The position numbers and the translations under genes were made by a program. Shown piece by piece: positions 60,291 through 64,000 of a stretch of 64,000 bases of DNA. This stretch comes from Candidatus Latescibacterota bacterium. Its GTDB lineage: Bacteria; Latescibacterota; UBA2968; UBA8231. The notes under the pieces are model-generated. The model saw only the letters and a program-made list of their open reading frames with translations. It did not search any database and was not told the DNA's origin. Positions within the stretch are counted from its first letter, which is position 1. Every line of letters begins with the position of its first letter. The stretch is from positions 2,592,001 to 2,656,000 of the forward strand of contig CBDFJF010000002.1 in assembly GCA_965248265.1 (NCBI GenBank), read 5' to 3'.

Positions 60291-60793
60291 GGCCCTTTGG
60301 GCTATCCATTTAACCGGACTAAACACTATCCGTTGTGGTAGGGCTATATGCCTGATAATCCAAAGGGATTCCCACTCCCCATGGCGAGCCCGCCAACCTC
60401 ACTGGCTTACAAACAGCCAGCAGGAGGGCGCTAATCCACCCTGACAATAAGTGCTTGAGCATCGACAATTCTGACTCCCTTCGTAAGCAACCTGAGAGGT
60501 TGACAATGCGTGCGCGATCTCGTCTGCGCGAAGCCACGTGACGCCCGTCCAATTCAGCACGCCGCTCGAGCGCCTTAAAATATGCCATCTAATGCCATCT
60601 CTCCGAACCGCCCAATGGGAGATGGGCGCATCAAGACAACAACCAATAGCTCCGCCGCCAAGCCCCCGCAGACGGGTGTGCGAATACTTCCTGCTCAATT
60701 AGATGCTCCAAGTAGATGGGGCGCGTCGGTGCAGTCATACAGTACTACAAGATGCGGATTCCAGTCCGGTTAAATGGATAGCCCAAACGGGCC
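60291..60793. repeat. Inverted repeat pair (25 bp perfect core)
   Basis: TTTGGGCTATCCATTTAACCGGACT (60296-60320) is the exact reverse complement of AGTCCGGTTAAATGGATAGCCCAAA (60763-60787). The match extends imperfectly outward (GGGCC). Confidence 0.85.
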
Positions 60794-60956
60794 TTATCGT
60801 TCTTCGTATAATGGGTTCAGGTCCATTCAATGGATCTGGTCCGGCGCGACGGCGGCCAGCCGCGTACTCTCCGTGCTTGTTTTTTTGCTGTCAGTGCTGC
60901 GATCCTGGATCAGCGAAGCTGCTGGGGTTGGCTTTCCGTTCTGGGCCATGTTCTCT

Positions 60957-61050
60957 CGGATAGACCGCCATCTCGCCAGCATATGCACTTACCGCTTGAT
61001 GGGACATCGGTTCCCTGATCTGGCTACGAGGATGTGCCAGCTGGCGTCAC
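60957..61050 (+). ncRNA. Candidate IS110 bridge-RNA segment
   Basis: Nested stems CGCCAGC/GCTGGCG, GCAC/GTGC and GGGA/TCCC enclose TTACCGCTTG (identical to 61857-61866). CGGATAGACC is the reverse complement of 61866-61875. Confidence 0.45.
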
Positions 61051-61870
61051 CCCGATCGTGGGCAGCTTCGGTCTCCTGGCCAAGGAGCTCGCCAATGTGG
61101 ACTCTCGGTATCGACGTAGCGAAACGAAGTCATCGCGCCACCCTGTTGGATGAGGACGGCCAAACCGTCTTCCGAAACCTCGCTGTGCAGCACTCACACG
61201 AAGGGGTTGAGCAGTTGTGTCGACGCCTCGCCGAGACCGGACAACCCGCCGCCGACATCCGCGTCGGCATGGAGGCCACCGGACGCTGCTGGATGGTCCT
61301 CTACGAAGCGTTGGTCCAGCTGGGTACGCGGTCGAGGTCCGAATCCGTTTCGCCATGGAGCGCGTCAATCTGCTGATCGAGCAGATCGCGCAGCTCTACG
61401 AACGCCTACGGGATCTTTTGACCGAGCAGCAGACCCTCCTGCAGTCCATTCCAGGTCTGGAGCCCGTCTGGGCGCCGACCATCCTCGCCGAGATCCTGCC
61501 CGTATTTCATCCTGAGGAGCAGCATGGCCCCCCAGCTCGTCGCCGCCGCTGGCCTCGACGTGAAGCAGTTTGACAGTGGCGCCCTAACCGGCCGCGGCAG
61601 GATGTCCAAGCGCGGCAGCCGCTATCTGCCGCCGTTATCCAACTGTGAGATCGCCGTCTTCAAGAGCCATGACCCCCTATTCACCCAGGTCTATCAGCGA
61701 CAGATCGACCGCGGCAAGCATCACCTCGTCGCCCTAACACACGTCGCCAACAAGATGCTCCGCGTCGTATTCAGCGTCCTCAAGAACAACCGTCCCTACA
61801 CACCTATCCCCAACTGAACGGAGACTACATATTTGCCCACGATTGGTGTTGACATATTACCGCTTGGTCT
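60957..61870 (+). mobile_element. Decayed IS110-family element (internally deleted, frameshifted recombinase)
   Basis: From ATG 61095: GIDVAK, VGMEATG (RuvC-like), then IPG...TILAEI, AGLD....SG....MSKRGSRYL, VANKMLRVVFSVLK ending at 61817. TTGACA at 61849-61854 near the right end. Left boundary uncertain. Confidence 0.88.
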
Positions 61871-62248
61871 ATCCGTTGGACCCATCTGGTGGTGGTGGCA
61901 GTAGCGGTGGGGTTTCGGTGCAGGCACCAAGAAGATGATACCCAAGGACCCGAAGACCATCGGCAGCACGCGGAAGAAATCGCCACGGGTGAAGTCGTCG
62001 TGGAGGGGTTTGAGGAGGAGTAGGCTTCTTCTGGCCCTCCGGGAATGGCCCCTTGATATTCGGTCAGAAATCCTGCTGGGCTGCGGGCGTGTGGCGGTCC
62101 AGTCAGCTTCGAGCGAGTCGGCAGCGAGTCGATTGGCGGAGTTCGCTGCAAGCGATCCTCGGCCTTCGGTGGCTCGTTAGACCATGCGTCTGCCCTTACA
62201 GATCGGGACCAGCTGCGTCGCTTGCAGGAGGCGACGGTCCTGAATGGG

Positions 62249-64000
62249 TCAAACGCTATGGGATAATCTCAATATGTCTGCTTCAATGTCTTGAGGCCAC
62301 TCCAGGCCGCGACCAAAGGACAGGTAGCGGGCAGCGTTCACCATTCCCCGAACCCATGCCCTCGGTTTCCTGTTTGACGTCAGCAGCAGCCGTAGGTCAC
62401 CTAGTGCACTACAGCAAAATAACAGCGGATCGTCAGAGCACACCGCAACATCTACGTTGCTATCCATCAGAGAGATTACGGGGTGGCCAGCGAAGGGGGT
62501 TCCCAGGATTGCGTGATTGGAGGATGGACAGCATTCGACTGCCACGCCCAAATTCGATAAGTATTCCTTCATGTAGATTTGCAATGGCTCAACGACGGCC
62601 CGTATATCTGTGGGGTACGCTGTGACTCCGACGCGACCCCATCCAGTCCTCGACGTGATCATGGCTTTCGCCGAACTCTCGACATCGTCCCATTTTGACC
62701 TCGCTCTCACTTCCTGGTTTTGTAGGGCCTTTTGAAAGGCGGGACAAAATTTCCTCTCGTACGCTCTGGCAAGAGTCAACGGGTCTCGCCCCATTTCTCT
62801 TAGGTTGCCTTCGCTTTCGTCGATCACGTCGGCCGCAACGTTTTTCAATCGCTCTGTGACTGCCGCAGCAAACCCAGGACCAGGGACGGTTAACTTCGGC
62901 TCACAGCTACTCTGTAGGAGCTGGTACAGCCAGCACAGATCGTCCAGGATGATCTCCTTTGGTACAATCCAAGCGTGCTGTGGGGGGTGCCAAGACAGTG
63001 CGACTCCGTGCCCGATTCTGATTTTGTCCAGGTTGCGCTGCTTACATCGAGCGAGCAGCTCAACAAACTCCCAAATCCGCCTCATACCATCGATCGGAGT
63101 GCAAACATCTTCGCCTGCATGAAAGGTCATGCCAATGTCCAGCCCCTCATACCGCTGCATTGGCTGACTAAAGACCCAGCTCGGCAGCAGTCGCTCGTCT
63201 CCGGCTACGTCTACACCAAGTATTAGGCCGTGCGCTCTGGGAATCGCACTGAATGCTCGCACGACAGTCTCAGCTTCTTTATTGTAGTCTGAGATCAAGG
63301 CTTCGTATCGTAGGAAGCCTTCAGCGCCATCCGAATCCCTCTTGATGTGATGTACGACCAAACCTATCTCGATTCCACTCTCTCTCCGAAGACGATCTGC
63401 AGCGCGTAAGATGGGCGCTATTTTCTCTCGAACCCAGGAATCAGTACCGTCTGCCCATGGAGGGCTGATACGACCCTCTAACAGAGTCAATCGACCACTC
63501 TTACAGGTGGATGCCAGGGCGTCATACACATTCCTATCACGCTCGTCATCCTCGAATTGTGTGGTGCCAGCTCCTGGCTCCAGTAAATCTAGTCGGCGGA
63601 AACGCTCCACGAAACCTTTTAGGCCGCGGTCGGGCTCCAGGTAGCAGAAGTGTTGGTGTACCAGATTGCGTATTCGCGCGTACCGAAGTGCACACTGCCT
63701 CAGAAGGCTCTGGGGTGGGAGGCCCTTTACTTTCCCAAGCAAGTCATAGAGCATCTGAGCCTCAGATTTCGACGTCGCTGTTCTGATTGTATCGGCCGCC
63801 ACGAGATCTCCCTGATTGTACTCTATCTGCAAGGCCAATCGAAGCAACGGCGGGCCTTCTTGCGGATTGAATTGCGTATCATGGGTATCTCTGCTATAGT
63901 CCGGTGTCTCCCAAACCGGGGATGGGAGGACAGACAACACTAGGTCGCTAACGGGTTGACGAAACATGGGCATGTGCACGCCCCGTAGGCGGTCCACGTA
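62249..64000 (-). CDS. Adenosine deaminase-like protein resembling antiviral RADAR RdrB (5' partial)
   Basis: Over 582 aa, open at the window edge. LEGRISP, LVVHHIK, GVDVAGDE, TFHAGED, RIGHGVAL, VECCPSSN, SDDP. Much longer than housekeeping ADA. Lower GC. Confidence 0.75.
   Translation of the reverse strand, partial: YVDRLRGVHMPMFRQPVSDLVLSVLPSPVWETPDYSRDTHDTQFNPQEGPPLLRLALQIEYNQGDLVAADTIRTATSKSEAQMLYDLLGKVKGLPPQSLLRQCALRYARIRNLVHQHFCYLEPDRGLKGFVERFRRLDLLEPGAGTTQFEDDERDRNVYDALASTCKSGRLTLLEGRISPPWADGTDSWVREKIAPILRAADRLRRESGIEIGLVVHHIKRDSDGAEGFLRYEALISDYNKEAETVVRAFSAIPRAHGLILGVDVAGDERLLPSWVFSQPMQRYEGLDIGMTFHAGEDVCTPIDGMRRIWEFVELLARCKQRNLDKIRIGHGVALSWHPPQHAWIVPKEIILDDLCWLYQLLQSSCEPKLTVPGPGFAAAVTERLKNVAADVIDESEGNLREMGRDPLTLARAYERKFCPAFQKALQNQEVRARSKWDDVESSAKAMITSRTGWGRVGVTAYPTDIRAVVEPLQIYMKEYLSNLGVAVECCPSSNHAILGTPFAGHPVISLMDSNVDVAVCSDDPLLFCCSALGDLRLLLTSNRKPRAWVRGMVNAARYLSFGRGLEWPQDIEADILRLSHSV

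Noticed and set aside
60321-60762. Short ORFs and an ATCTAAT...ATTAGAT attC-like pair inside the inverted repeats
   Set aside because: The ORFs lack motifs and RBSs, and the pair lacks the canonical AAC/GTT core and internal symmetry.
1-64000. CRISPR arrays, tRNA and rRNA genes
   Set aside because: No regularly spaced repeats or recognisable structural RNA signatures were seen by eye. tRNAscan or Infernal would be needed to exclude them fully.

Overview
GC-rich bacterial chromosomal window. The gene content (TonB-dependent receptors, sigma-54 promoters, many paralogous catabolic enzymes) suggests a diderm heterotroph, possibly an uncultured marine Latescibacterota/Poribacteria-like lineage; this taxonomy is inference only. 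Contents: (i) five members of one uncharacterised ~600-680 aa cytoplasmic protein family (DDxxE, D/EWxHxGEG, IPxNVG, RYF...GLPxDVxxLV, terminal AFPW), interleaved with PhyH/TauD dioxygenases, an AKR, an SDR, enolase-family dehydratases, hydrolases and a GH95; (ii) a glycine-methylation betaine module (GSMT-SDMT-BCCT); (iii) a liv-type ABC transporter; (iv) two tandem acetoacetate-decarboxylase-like genes with a shared novel C-terminal tail; (v) a nitrogen locus (GSIII, amtB, P-II) with two sigma-54 promoters and a shared GACA-N4-TGTC palindrome; (vi) a Phd/VapC toxin-antitoxin pair; (vii) a right-hand mobile/defence zone with paired inverted repeats, a decayed IS110 whose leader has bridge-RNA-like guide matches, and an RdrB(RADAR)-like adenosine deaminase running off the window. 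There are many gene fragments and several single-base frameshifts. No rRNA, tRNA or CRISPR array was seen. All protein calls are from motif recognition, not database searches.
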